From: Terriglobia bacterium
Lineage (GTDB): Bacteria; Acidobacteriota; Terriglobia; JAJPHL01; JAPKYU01
Length of the DNA: 64,000 nt
Assembly (NCBI GenBank): GCA_965206645.1
Contig: CBDBKE010000004.1
Location: 1,216,001 to 1,280,000 of the forward strand
Reading direction: 5' to 3'
The notes under the pieces were generated by a model. It had not been told where the DNA came from. It saw nothing but the letters and a program-made list of their open reading frames with translations, and did no database searches. Below are positions 19,571 to 31,419 of this stretch, in pieces. How positions within the stretch are numbered: the stretch's first letter is position 1; every line of letters begins with the position of its first letter. Position numbers and translations under genes: made by a program.

Positions 19571-19777
19571 CTAACGGGAAGGGCGCTCAGCGCCAGCAGG
19601 TACCCCCCGAAGGGAGTCCTCGCGTCTATCCTCAAGAATCAGAGCGATGGCCTCGGCGAGGCTTGCTCGCGCTTTGTCCTTCGTACGGCCCTGACCATTT
19701 GCGCCGGGGATCTCCGGGCAGTAGGCGATATACCAATCGCCATCCCGTTCCAGGATCGCCGTAAACTCGTTTCGCAT
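19571..19777 (-). CDS. hicB: HicB family antitoxin (short; C-terminus probably altered)
   Basis: MRNEFTAILERDGDWYIAYCPEIPGANGQGRT..EAIALILE is a typical HicB N-domain; GGAGG RBS. Confidence 0.8.
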   Translation of the reverse strand: MRNEFTAILERDGDWYIAYCPEIPGANGQGRTKDKARASLAEAIALILEDRREDSLRGVPAGAERPSR

Positions 19778-19890
19778 CCCTAGCCTCCAATCCGGCTGCG
19801 GCTCCTATTTTACCCTAGCAGGTCCGGTTCACAGCTTCCGGAAAAGCCGCCGCGCACTGCGGGTCGCCCTATAATCTTCTGTTGAGGCAG

Positions 19891-21636
19891 ATGGAGAACA
19901 AGGAGATCGCGAGGCTGCTTGCGGAAACCGCCGACTTGATGGAAGTCGCCGGCGAGGACGGCTTCCGCGTGCGCAGCTACCGAAACGCCGCGCAGGCGGT
20001 GGAGACCTGGCCGGAGAGCATCGGTGAGATCGTCGGCCATCCGAACACCAAAGCAGGCGACCGGCAGTTGCTGGCTATTCCAGGCATCGGTAAGGGCATG
20101 GTAGCGCACCTTCGGGAAATCTGCGCCAACGGCGATCTCACCAGCCGCCGGGAACTGCTCGAGAAATTTCCGACCGGAGTACTGGAGTTGCTGCGCATCC
20201 AGGGCCTGGGACCTAAGAGCATCGCGCTGATCTGGAGCACCTACCGGGCGGCGACCCTGAACGAAGTCGAACAACTCTGCCGCGAAGGGAAAATCCGTGA
20301 GCTGCCGCGCATGGGCGAGAAGCTGGAACAGAAAATCCTGAAGGCCATCGAGGCATACCGACTCAGCGCTGGACGCTTCCTGGTGAATGTGGCCGAACAG
20401 GCAGCCGAGGAACTGTGCGGCTACCTGCGCCAGGGACCCGCAACGCAGCAGTTGCAGGTCACCCCGGCAGGCAGTCTACGCCGGGGGAAGGAAACCGTCG
20501 GTGATCTGGACGTGCTGGTCACCGGTGGGCAGCCAGAAGCGCAAATCGAATACCTGCTGAAGTATCAGAAGATCGTAGAAGTCGTGGCCAAGGGGGAGAA
20601 CACGGTCAGTGTGAAGCTGCGTCCGGCCATGCAGGTGAACGTCCGCTTCCTGGAACCAGCCAGCTATGGCGCGGCGATGCAGTATTTCACCGGCTCCAAA
20701 GAACATAACGTGGCGCTGCGCAACCGCGCCATCAAGCTGGGCCTTAAGCTGAGCGAATATGGCCTGTTCCAAGCGCGTGACGAAAAGAAGGTGGCAGGCG
20801 CCGACGAGGAGGAAATCTATCGCTTGCTCGGCCTGGACTACATCCCGCCGGAGCTGCGCGAGAACTGGGGCGAGCTGGAGGCGGCGTCTGAGCGCCGCCT
20901 GCCCCGGCTGCTGGAACCGGCCGACATCCGGGGCGACCTGCATATGCACACTACCGCCACCGATGGCCGCGCTTCCATTCGCGAGATGGCCGAGGCGGCC
21001 CGCGCCCGCGGCTACAGCTACATCGCCATCACCGACCACTCGAAAGCGCTGGCCATGACCAATGGCCTGGACGAACAGCGTGCTCAGGACCAGATCGAGG
21101 AAATTCGCAAGGCAGACGAGCAGGCGGAGGGCATCCGCATCCTGGCCGGCATCGAGGTCGACATTCACCGCGACGGACGGCTAGACCTGGACGATGAGGT
21201 GCTGGCCCAACTCGACATCGTGGTGGCCAGCGTGCATTCCTACATGAACCTGGAGCCGCCCGCGATGACCGAGCGGCTGCTGCGCGCCTTCGAAAATCCC
21301 TACTTGAACGTGCTGGCCCATCCCACCGGGCGGCAGTTGCTCCACCGCAAGCCGTTTGCGTTCGACCTGGAGCGCGTGCTGGAGGAAGCCGCCCGCCGCA
21401 ACATCCACCTGGAAATCAACTCCTCGCCTGAGCGGCTCGACCTGAACGAGCGCCACGCACGCATGGCCAAGGAGCGAGGCGTCAAAATCGTCATCTCCAC
21501 CGATGCCCATCACCCCAAGCATCTGGATAACATCAAATACGGCGTCAAGGTGGCTCGGCGTGCGCGGCTGGAGCCCGCCAACGTGCTCAACACCCTGGGC
21601 CCGGAGCAGTTCCTGCGTGCCCTGGCTCGCAAATGA
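19891..21636 (+). CDS. polX: DNA polymerase/3'-5' exonuclease PolX
   Basis: IPGIGKG Hh[23 protein letters not shown] motifs DLHMHT / TDHS / AHP / TDAH. Confidence 0.95.
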   Translation: MENKEIARLLAETADLMEVAGEDGFRVRSYRNAAQAVETWPESIGEIVGHPNTKAGDRQLLAIPGIGKGMVAHLREICANGDLTSRRELLEKFPTGVLELLRIQGLGPKSIALIWSTYRAATLNEVEQLCREGKIRELPRMGEKLEQKILKAIEAYRLSAGRFLVNVAEQAAEELCGYLRQGPATQQLQVTPAGSLRRGKETVGDLDVLVTGGQPEAQIEYLLKYQKIVEVVAKGENTVSVKLRPAMQVNVRFLEPASYGAAMQYFTGSKEHNVALRNRAIKLGLKLSEYGLFQARDEKKVAGADEEEIYRLLGLDYIPPELRENWGELEAASERRLPRLLEPADIRGDLHMHTTATDGRASIREMAEAARARGYSYIAITDHSKALAMTNGLDEQRAQDQIEEIRKADEQAEGIRILAGIEVDIHRDGRLDLDDEVLAQLDIVVASVHSYMNLEPPAMTERLLRAFENPYLNVLAHPTGRQLLHRKPFAFDLERVLEEAARRNIHLEINSSPERLDLNERHARMAKERGVKIVISTDAHHPKHLDNIKYGVKVARRARLEPANVLNTLGPEQFLRALARK

Positions 21637-21739
21637 TTTCTGATTGGTGCTGCCGTGTAGGAACTGGCCTGTCCGCGTAGGCAGGCGGGGCGCCAGTAGT
21701 AGGACCGCTAGTGTATCGTTGCGGTCGATGTGAAGTTAT

Positions 21740-21767
21740 TTGGGGCAAGCACATCTGCTTGCCCCAA
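21740..21767. terminator. Perfect hairpin between convergent polX and pilC (terminator or REP)
   Basis: TTGGGGCAAGCA-CATC-TGCTTGCCCCAA, 12-bp stem; no long U-tract. Confidence 0.5.
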
Positions 21768-21839
21768 CCCCCAGCAGTAAGCCCGAATCTCCTTGGCGGA
21801 CTTTTTCTCCTCGGCGTGCGGTCGTTTTCCGACGCCGTC

Positions 21840-23048
21840 TTAGCCCGCCAGCTGGCCGATCAGCTTGAACATAGGCATGTAGAGCGCGACCACCACGCCA
21901 CCGACGGTGCCGCCGAGCAAGGCAATGATGACCGGTTCCAGCAACGTGAGCATATCTGCGACGGCCGCATCCACTTCGTCCTCGTAAAAGTCGGCGATCT
22001 TTTGCAGCATGGCGTCCATGGCGCCGGTTTGCTCGCCGACGCCGATCATCTGCGTCACCATGTTGGGGAAGATCTCGCTTTCCCGGAGCGGGCCGGTGAT
22101 GTTGCGGCCTTCTTCCACGGCCTTGCGCACCCCGAGGATGGCCTTCTCGATCACTGCATTCCCGGACGTGCTGGCGGTGATGGTCAACGATTCCAGTAGC
22201 GGAACGCCGCTGGTGATCAGGGTGCCCAGCGTGCGGGTAAAGCGAGCCACGGCGATCTTGCGGAGCAGCATGCCGAAAATGGGCAACTTCAGCAGGATGC
22301 TGTCAATCGCGAAGCGGCCGCCGGGGGTGCCGTACACCTGCTTCATGGCAAAGAAGCCGCCCACACCCAGGACCACGAATACCCAGCCAAAAGTGGCGAG
22401 GAAGTTGCTCATGCCCACAACGATTTTGGTCGGCAGCGGCAGCTCCACATTCATCGCGGCAAACATGTTGGCGGAAATGGGCACCACAAAGATCATCAGT
22501 GCGCCCACGACGATGATGGCGATGGCGATCACGGCCACCGGGTAAATGAGGGCCGACTTGACCGCGGACTTCAGCTTGACCTCTTTCTCGACGTAACCGG
22601 CAATCCGCTGCAAGATGGTGTCCAGGATACCGCCGGTTTCTCCGGCATCAATCATATTGACGTGAAGCTCGCTAAAGATTTTCGGGAACTGGCGCATGGC
22701 GTTGGCCAGAGTCGAGCCTCCCTCCACAGTTGCGCGTATCTGCTCAAGTGCACTCTTGAAAGCCTTGTTGTCCTGGTTCGCGCCCAGAATCTCCAGGCAC
22801 TGGACCAGGGGCAGGCCGGCATCAATCATCACCGAGAACTGGCGGAAAAAAATGGCCAGCTCCTTGGCCCCGACCCCGCCCTTAGCCACCTTGGGCACGG
22901 CAAATTCCTTGCCCTTTTCCTTGATGGCGGTCGGCGTGATCTGCTCCCTGCGGAGTAATGCCGCCAACTGGGTCTTGTTCGCGGCATTCCGTTGGCCACT
23001 GACAGCGGCACCCGTACGCGACTTCCCGGTGTACTGATAGACAGGCAT
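21840..23048 (-). CDS. pilC: Type IV pilus platform protein PilC (GspF family)
   Basis: FRQFSVMIDAGLPL, AGETGGIL, ALIYP, GEQTG, LLEP, ALYMPMF. Confidence 0.95.
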   Translation of the reverse strand: MPVYQYTGKSRTGAAVSGQRNAANKTQLAALLRREQITPTAIKEKGKEFAVPKVAKGGVGAKELAIFFRQFSVMIDAGLPLVQCLEILGANQDNKAFKSALEQIRATVEGGSTLANAMRQFPKIFSELHVNMIDAGETGGILDTILQRIAGYVEKEVKLKSAVKSALIYPVAVIAIAIIVVGALMIFVVPISANMFAAMNVELPLPTKIVVGMSNFLATFGWVFVVLGVGGFFAMKQVYGTPGGRFAIDSILLKLPIFGMLLRKIAVARFTRTLGTLITSGVPLLESLTITASTSGNAVIEKAILGVRKAVEEGRNITGPLRESEIFPNMVTQMIGVGEQTGAMDAMLQKIADFYEDEVDAAVADMLTLLEPVIIALLGGTVGGVVVALYMPMFKLIGQLAG

Positions 23049-23150
23049 CGTCAACCCCTCCCCACCCGCTGCCCAGGTCCGTCTGCTCCCGCGATGCGGG
23101 ACCGGGCTGTTAGCAGGCAGAATTCTCTCTGTTGAACCTCCCGACTTCCC

Positions 23151-24278
23151 CTACCTCCTCAAGCCGGCTGCCGGGCCCTTCGCACCTGCTGCACCCGGCG
23201 TACCAGCTGCCGAACCGCGGTTGATCATTTCCTGCAGCTCAGCCGCGTTGCTGGAGCGCGCCATTGCCTGGTCCAGCGCGATTGCGCGTTTGAAATAAAG
23301 ACTGGCCAGGGACTGGTTGAAGGTCTGCATTCCGCTCTTCTCCTGACCAACCTGCATGGCGCCATATATCTGGTGAATCTTGTCCTCACGGATCAGGTTG
23401 CGGATGGCGCTGTTGGGGACCATGATTTCCATGGCCATGGCGCGCCCCCCCCGTCGGTGCGCGGCAGCAGCGTCTGGCAGAGAACGCCTTCCAGCACTAG
23501 GGAAAGCTGCGCTCGGATTTGCGGCTGCTGGTGCGCCGGGAATACGTCAATGACGCGGTTGATCGTCGAGGAGGCCGAGTTGGTATGAAGCGTCCCGAAG
23601 GTCAGGTGGCCGGTTTCGGCGATGCGCAGCGCCGATTCCACGGTTTCCAGGTCGCGCATCTCGCCGATCAGCACTACGTCGGGGTCTTCGCGTAACGCGG
23701 CGCGCAGCGCATTGGTAAAACTCTGCGTGTCGCTGCCCACCTCCCGCTGGTTGACCAGGCAGTTCTTGTGCTGGTGCACGAACTCAATGGGGTCCTCAAT
23801 GGTAATGATGTGCTCGTGCCGCGCGGTGTTGACCTTGTCCAGCATTGCCGCCAGCGTGGTGGACTTGCCACTCCCTGTCGGGCCGGTCACCAGGATCAGC
23901 CCGCGCGGCTTCTCGCAAAGTTTGGCCACGACCGCCGGCAATTGCAGTTTGTCGAAGCCCAAGATCTCAAAGGGAATCACCCGGAAGACCGCACAGACCG
24001 CGCCCCGCTGGTTAAACAGATTCCCCCGGAAGCGGGCCAGACCTTTGATGCCGAAGGAGAAGTCCAACTCCATGCGCTCTTCAAAGCGGTGCTTTTGGGC
24101 GTCCGTTAGGACGCTGTAGGCCAACTGCTTGGTTTCGGCCGGGGTCAACGGTGGAAGGTCCAACGGGTTTAGATGCCCGTGCACGCGCACCTGGGGCGGA
24201 CTCTGCGTAGTGACATGCAGGTCGCTCCCCGACATCTCCAGCATTTTTTTTCAAAAGGTCGCTCAGTGAGGCTGGCAT
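23151..24278 (-). pseudogene. pilT: Type IV pilus retraction ATPase PilT, split by two homopolymer frameshifts (likely sequencing artefact)
   Basis: SDLH, GPTGSGKST, TIEDPIE, LREDPD..GEMRD, TLHT, AIRNLIRE; breaks at A8 (24244-24251) and G8 (23445-23452). Confidence 0.9.
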
Positions 24279-24321
24279 TCCTCCCCCTTCCCTGCTCCGA
24301 TCCTAGGAAACCCGTTCCTGC

Positions 24322-26032
24322 TCACAGAACCGTTTCCTTCACCACTTCCTCGATGGTCGTCACTCCGTCCATCACTTTGCGCAGGCCGCTGCGGCGCAGC
24401 GAAATCATGCCTTGCTCGATCGCCTTCCGCTTGATTTCCAGAGCCGAAGCGCCCACCAGGACCAGCTCGCGGAGGTCGTCAGTGATCTCCAGCACCTCGT
24501 ACAGCCCTACGCGTCCCTTCATGCCGCGGCTGTTGCATTGATCGCAGCCAGGGCCCTTGTTGTAAACCTTAACCGTCTTTGTCTCTTCCTGCGTAAACCC
24601 GAAATCCAGCATGGCCTGGGCAGGCAGCTCCTCCAGCACCTTGCAGCCCTTGCATAGACGGCGGATGAGGCGCTGTGCAACGATCAGATGCACCGAGGTA
24701 GCCACCAGGAACGGCTCGATGCCCATATTCATCAGGCGGCTGATGGTGGAGGGATCGTCGTTGGTGTGCAGCGTGGAGAGGACCATGTGGCCGGTGAGGG
24801 CCGCTTTGATAGCGATTTCCGCCGTCTCGAAATCGCGGATCTCGCCCACCAGGATGATGTTCGGGTCCTGCCGCAGGAAGCTGCGCAGGGCGGCCGCGAA
24901 GTTCAGACCAATCTGTTCTCTCATCTGCACCTGGTTGATGCCCGGGAGCTGGAACTCCACCGGGTCTTCCGCGGGCACGATGTTGGTGTCCGGCTGGTTC
25001 AGGCGCGCGATGGAGGAATACAGCGTGTTGGTCTTCCCGCTGCCGGTCGGGCCGGTCACCAAGACCATCCCGTAGGGCTTCAGGATAGCCTTCTCGAATT
25101 TGACCAGCGACTCTTGCTCGAACCCGAGCTTGGTCATATCCAGCATCAGGTTCTCCTTGTCCAGCAGCCGCATCACGACCTTCTCGCCGAACAGGGTGGG
25201 CAGAACACTAACCCGGTAGTCGAGCTGCTTCTTCTTGCCGTCGAAAGCCATGCGCAACATGATGCGCCCGTCCTGGGGCAGCCGCTTTTCGGCGATATCC
25301 AGCTTGGACATGATCTTGATGCGGGAGGTGATGGCGTCGCGCAGCTTCAGCGGAGGGCTCATGATGGTCATCAGGGTCCCGTCAATGCGGAACCGGACGC
25401 GGTATTCCTTTTCATACGGCTCCATGTGGATGTCGCTGGCGCCTTTCTTCACCGCTTCGGTCAGGATCACGTTGACCAGCTTGACGACCGGCGCCTCGTC
25501 GGCCGACTTCTCCAACTGGTCCATCGAGAGCTGTTCCTCTTCGGCCTCCATCTCCAGAGCGGTGTCGTCTTCGAATCCCTCAGTGATTTTCTTCAGCTGG
25601 TCTTCCGCACTGCCGTAAAACTTTTTCAGTGCTTCCTGGATGGCCGCCTCCGAGGCCACCACCGGCTCGATGTTGAAGCCGGTCATGAACTTGATGTCGT
25701 CCATGGCGAACACGTTGGTGGGATCCACCATGGCGATGGTCAGCGACGAGGCCACCCGGCTCAGAGGCAGCACCTCGTACCGGCGCGCCGTTTCCTCCGG
25801 GACCAACTTGATGACCGAAGGGTCCACCTCGAAGCAGGTAAGGTTGATGGAAGGAACGCCGTACTGCCGGGACAGGAAGGTGGTGATGTCCTCGTCCGAC
25901 GCGAAGCCGAGTTTCACCAGGCAAGCTCCCCAGCCGCCCCTTGGTCTTCTTCTGCTCTTCCAGAGCGAGAGCCAACTTTTCCTGCGAAAGAATTCCTTCT
26001 TTTACTAGGAGATCACCGATACGTGCTGACAT
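24322..26032 (-). CDS. pilB: Type IV pilus assembly ATPase PilB with a frameshift near 25922 separating the N-terminal MshEN-like motif
   Basis: RIGDLLVKEG..GRLGS N-terminus; ASDIH, RLPQDG, GPTGSGKT, LRQDP, GRVGLYEVL; one extra T in AGCTTGCCTG. Confidence 0.92.
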
Positions 26033-26364
26033 TTTAGGACTTCCGCCTGCCTGTTGATCCTGCCGGTTTACAGGGGCGCCCGATTGACCCCAACTTTTTC
26101 AGCGCGGCCCCTTGAGCTAATGCATAGCCTGGCAGGGCCCCCGCCAACAATCTAAAGCACCCACATTCTAGAACAAAAAACGCCTCTGTCCTCAGGCAAA
26201 CCCATAGGCCCGGCATTGCCTAAAAAGCATACAAATTAACAGCGTCGGTCAATAGCCCTTTCCTGCCCCGGCCCCCTGTCCTGCGGTCGGGGTACGGAGC
26301 AACCTGAAGCGGTCGCGGGCTCGCCACCTGTGACCACAGTTGTAGTATTCTAGCCTCTATCGCT

Positions 26365-28572
26365 ATGGGCACGCAGAACCGACGGAAGAGGTTCCTTATC
26401 ACTGTGGGTTCGGTGGTGGCCATCCTGGCGGCCTTCATCTTCGGGCTGGTCTCGCTGAACATTCCCTTTGATTTTGTCCGCCCCGCCGACAGCCAGACGG
26501 CCATCTTTCTGTTTGTGCTCTCGATGCTGGTCTCGCTGGCGTTCGTGGTCTTCGGCTTCATCCTGGTCCGCAGCATCGTGAAGTTGTACATCGAGCGCCG
26601 GGCAGGTGTTCTCGGCTCCAAGTTCAAGTTCAAGCTGGTCGCCGGGGCGCTGGCGCTGTCGCTTCTCCCGGTGGTGTTTCTATTCTACTCCTCCTATGTC
26701 TTGATGAACCGCACCGTGGACAAGTGGTTCAGGCAGCCTTTTGAGAAGGTCGCTCGGGATACGGGAGAAATTATCTCGCAGTTCTCCGAGTATGCTTCGC
26801 GAAAAACCATCGCGGACGCGCGCAGCACCGCCGCAGCGCTGTCGGTGGCTTCAGCCGCGACAGAACGCCCCCCGGCCAGCGAGCGCGCGTTGGCCGAGGC
26901 AGCTCGCCTACATGGAGTGGACTACTTGGTCTGGATCACCCCGGAAGGCCGACTGGGAGCGCGCTTCCCCGCCGCCGGACCAGATCTGTTGCCCCTTGTG
27001 GGGCCTGTTAGCCGCTCGGGCGCGGGGTCTTTCAGTCGGCTGGCGGATGTCGAGGGGACCAAATTGGCCGTCGCCGTTGTGCCGATGGAACCCGGGGAGG
27101 GCTGGCTGATCGCTGCAAACCGCCTGCCCGACACGGTTTCCCAGAAGCTGGAGGAAATGGAGCGGGAGTTCAGGATTTACCAGAGGCTCCATCCGGAGTT
27201 TAAAGACCTGCGCAAAGTCTATATCTACATCCTGGCGCTGGTGACCGTGATCATCCTATTCATCACCACGTGGGGAGCGCTGTTCCTGTCCAAGCAGGTA
27301 ACTGTCCCCATCCAAAGCCTTGCCGAGGCCACTCAGGAATTGTCCCTGGGCCACCTGGATCACCGTGTCCAAACCGAGGCTGTCGACGAGCTGGCTGTGC
27401 TGGTGGAATCGTTCAACCAGATGACGGGGCAGTTGGAGGCCAACCGACGGCAGTTGGAGGCTTCGCGTTCGGAACAGGAACGTGCCAATGCAGAACTGGA
27501 TCAACGCCGCCGCTCGACCGAGACCATCCTGGAAAGCATTCCTACGGGGGTCGTTTCCCTGTCTCCCAGGCGAGAGGTGCTGAAGATCAACCCCGCGGTG
27601 GAAAGGCTGCTGGGGTCCGCACATGCGCGGGCCGCGCGCCAGTTGGGAGACTTGTTCCCCACCGAGCCGCTGCGCGAACTGGAACACCTCTTGAAGCGCT
27701 CGGATCGGCTGGGGAATGCTACCAGCCAGTTCGAGCTGGCTACGGCCAATGGTACACGGAACGTGGCTATTACTGCCTCAGCGCTGCAGCACCCTTCTTC
27801 CCACCCCCGAGGCCGCGAGCAGAACCTCGGCTACATCCTGGTTCTCGAGGACATGAGCGACCTGTTGCACGCCCAGCAGGCCGCGGCTTGGCGCGAGGTG
27901 GCCCGGCGCATCGCTCACGAGATCAAGAACCCGCTGACGCCCATCGCGCTGTCGGCCGAGCGCATCCGGCGGCACGTGGAACGTGCCCAGAACGGGCCGT
28001 CCTGGGGCGAGCGCGGCGAGGAGACCCTGCGAGTCCTGAGCGAATGTTCGGGATTGATCGACCGGGAAGTGGCCACGCTGAAGAGCCTGGTGGACGAGTT
28101 CGCGCAGTTGGCCCGTTTCCCCGCTGTTCGGCTGGTTCCTTCGGACCTGAACGCGGTGGTCGAGAACGCCATTGTGGTGTTTGATGGACGGCTGGACGGA
28201 ATCCGTGTGAAACTCGACCTCTGCCCTGATCTGCCGCCGGTAGATCTGGATCCGGATCAGTTCAAGCGGGTCATCATTAACCTGGTGGACAACGCCGCCG
28301 AGGCAATGGAAGACTCCCTAGTGCGCGAATTGCGGATCTCTACGGCAGACCTGCGCGGGGAAGCCGTAGAGGTCACTCTTGCCGACACCGGCCACGGGGT
28401 CGGTCCCGAACTGAAGGAGAAACTGTTCCTCCCCTATTTCTCTACCAAAGAGCGGGGCACGGGACTGGGGCTGGCCATCGTCAACCGGATCATTACCGAT
28501 CACAATGGCTCCATCCGCGTGGAAGAAAATCGGCCGGTTGGCAGCCGCTTTATAATTGAACTGCCCGTGTAA
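26365..28572 (+). CDS. NtrY-like sensor histidine kinase (HAMP-PAS-HisKA-HATPase)
   Basis: AAWREVARRIAHEIKNPLTPI, NLVDNA, DTGHG, FLPYFSTK..GTGLGL. Confidence 0.92.
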   Translation: MGTQNRRKRFLITVGSVVAILAAFIFGLVSLNIPFDFVRPADSQTAIFLFVLSMLVSLAFVVFGFILVRSIVKLYIERRAGVLGSKFKFKLVAGALALSLLPVVFLFYSSYVLMNRTVDKWFRQPFEKVARDTGEIISQFSEYASRKTIADARSTAAALSVASAATERPPASERALAEAARLHGVDYLVWITPEGRLGARFPAAGPDLLPLVGPVSRSGAGSFSRLADVEGTKLAVAVVPMEPGEGWLIAANRLPDTVSQKLEEMEREFRIYQRLHPEFKDLRKVYIYILALVTVIILFITTWGALFLSKQVTVPIQSLAEATQELSLGHLDHRVQTEAVDELAVLVESFNQMTGQLEANRRQLEASRSEQERANAELDQRRRSTETILESIPTGVVSLSPRREVLKINPAVERLLGSAHARAARQLGDLFPTEPLRELEHLLKRSDRLGNATSQFELATANGTRNVAITASALQHPSSHPRGREQNLGYILVLEDMSDLLHAQQAAAWREVARRIAHEIKNPLTPIALSAERIRRHVERAQNGPSWGERGEETLRVLSECSGLIDREVATLKSLVDEFAQLARFPAVRLVPSDLNAVVENAIVVFDGRLDGIRVKLDLCPDLPPVDLDPDQFKRVIINLVDNAAEAMEDSLVRELRISTADLRGEAVEVTLADTGHGVGPELKEKLFLPYFSTKERGTGLGLAIVNRIITDHNGSIRVEENRPVGSRFIIELPV

Positions 28573-28574
28573 GG

Positions 28575-30015
<1,441 letters not shown>

Positions 30016-30032
<17 letters not shown>

Positions 30033-31096
30033 ACTGTTCGACCACTGCTGGGGTGGCGTCGCGCACCCTGGCAGCAGCTCCGGCTTTGCCACTCATGGGG
30101 TCGCGCCGGATGTCGAACGTCACGGCGTGCCCTTCTTCCAGGTGTTCCCACCCCAGTCCGCTCTCGAGGTCGGTCAGGTGGAAGAAGTACTCTTGGCCGT
30201 CGTCTCGCTGGACAAAACCGAAGCCGCGTTCGCGCACCACCTTCTTGATGCGACCGGCGCAGCCCGTGCCCAGCACCGAGACCGCAATGTTGTTCTCCTC
30301 GGCCGAAGCATTTTCCTCAGCCGCGGCCACGTAGGCCTCCTGCTCAGCCAGCTTCTCTTGCACAAAACGCTTCCGGCAGTCCTCGCAAAAGAACTGTTCG
30401 CGCTTGCGGGGTCCAAACACTGCGGTCTCCCACGTGCAGCGGCGAGGTGCACTCGCGTTGATGCTTCTCGAACTTCAACTCGATGCGGCCGATCAGGTCG
30501 TTCAGCCAGATGAGGTCGAAGTCCTTGACCTGCATCCGGTCTGTCGGGTCGGCGAACTCGGGGCTGCAGCACCCCTGGATGCTCGCGATGGCGACCCGCT
30601 TGCCCAGCCGACGCACGTGTTGCAGGACCGGGCGATAGTCGCGGTCGCCAATCACCACAAGGGCGACGTCGTAGACGTTGGGAATCGCCGCATAGTAGAG
30701 GAGGTTGGCAGCCAGCGCCAGATCTACACACTTCTCTTTGGGCTCAAAACGGTCGCTGCCCGAGCGATCTTCGCGTCGCAGCCGGCGGCCTCGGAAGTCA
30801 ATGGGAAAGGTTTCCACTTCGTAGTGATATTCCTCCTTTAGTGTGGCATAGAAGTCCAGCTGGCGCTGGACTGCATCTTCATCACGCAAGTCATAGTTGG
30901 CCGGATAGCTGCCGAACAGGCATGTGCGGATCAGGTCCACTTCCTTGAGCCCGAGTTGGCAAGCCACTTCCTCGCCGAGGACCTTGGGAAGCAGGCCGTA
31001 ATGAATGTGGAAATCGCGGGTTCCGTGGGCTTCGACGAGGCGGGGAGTATTACGATAAAGCCAGGTGCCGTCCACAAAGAGCATCAATTTGCGCAT
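30016..31096 (-). CDS. NYN domain ribonuclease fused to Cys/His motif and cold-shock domain, frameshifted near 30410
   Basis: LFVDGTW, EKCVD, GDRDY NYN motifs; ECTSPLH...FFCEDC; GRIKKVVRERGFGFV..EYFFHLTD CSD in the next frame. Confidence 0.75.
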
Positions 31097-31231
31097 ACTG
31101 AGAGCAATCCCTTTCAGTCACAACAAATGGAAAAACTGTCCTGGCCGCAGATTCTGAGCACCAAGCAGTCGCTCCCACGACCGGCAATTCCTTAACCGGA
31201 ATTTCCATTTCGAGCTTCCTCTTCACCCGAA

Positions 31232-31260
31232 AAGCTATGCCTCGTACCCTGTCGTGTCAA
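31232..31260 (-). promoter_or_regulatory. Outward-facing sigma70 promoter in the IS1380 end (copy 1)
   Basis: Minus strand TTGACA-17 nt-TAGCTT pointing out of the element. Confidence 0.65.
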
Positions 31261-31419
31261 CCGCAAACAGCTCTGGCCTCTTTGAGGTGGTAGTGCGGCA
31301 CATTTTGGCTGTTCTTCGGAGTCGCTGTGCGGGGTTCGCCTGCCCAGCCTGCCGCGCCGCTGACACTTATCCGGCCCGACCACTTCTGAGCACCTAAAAT
31401 TACCCTCTCTCCCGGTTCG

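Noticed and set aside
24688-26037. 449-aa plus-strand ORF and similar long antisense ORFs
   Set aside because: Shadow frames of GC-rich genes (pilB etc.) with no recognisable motifs
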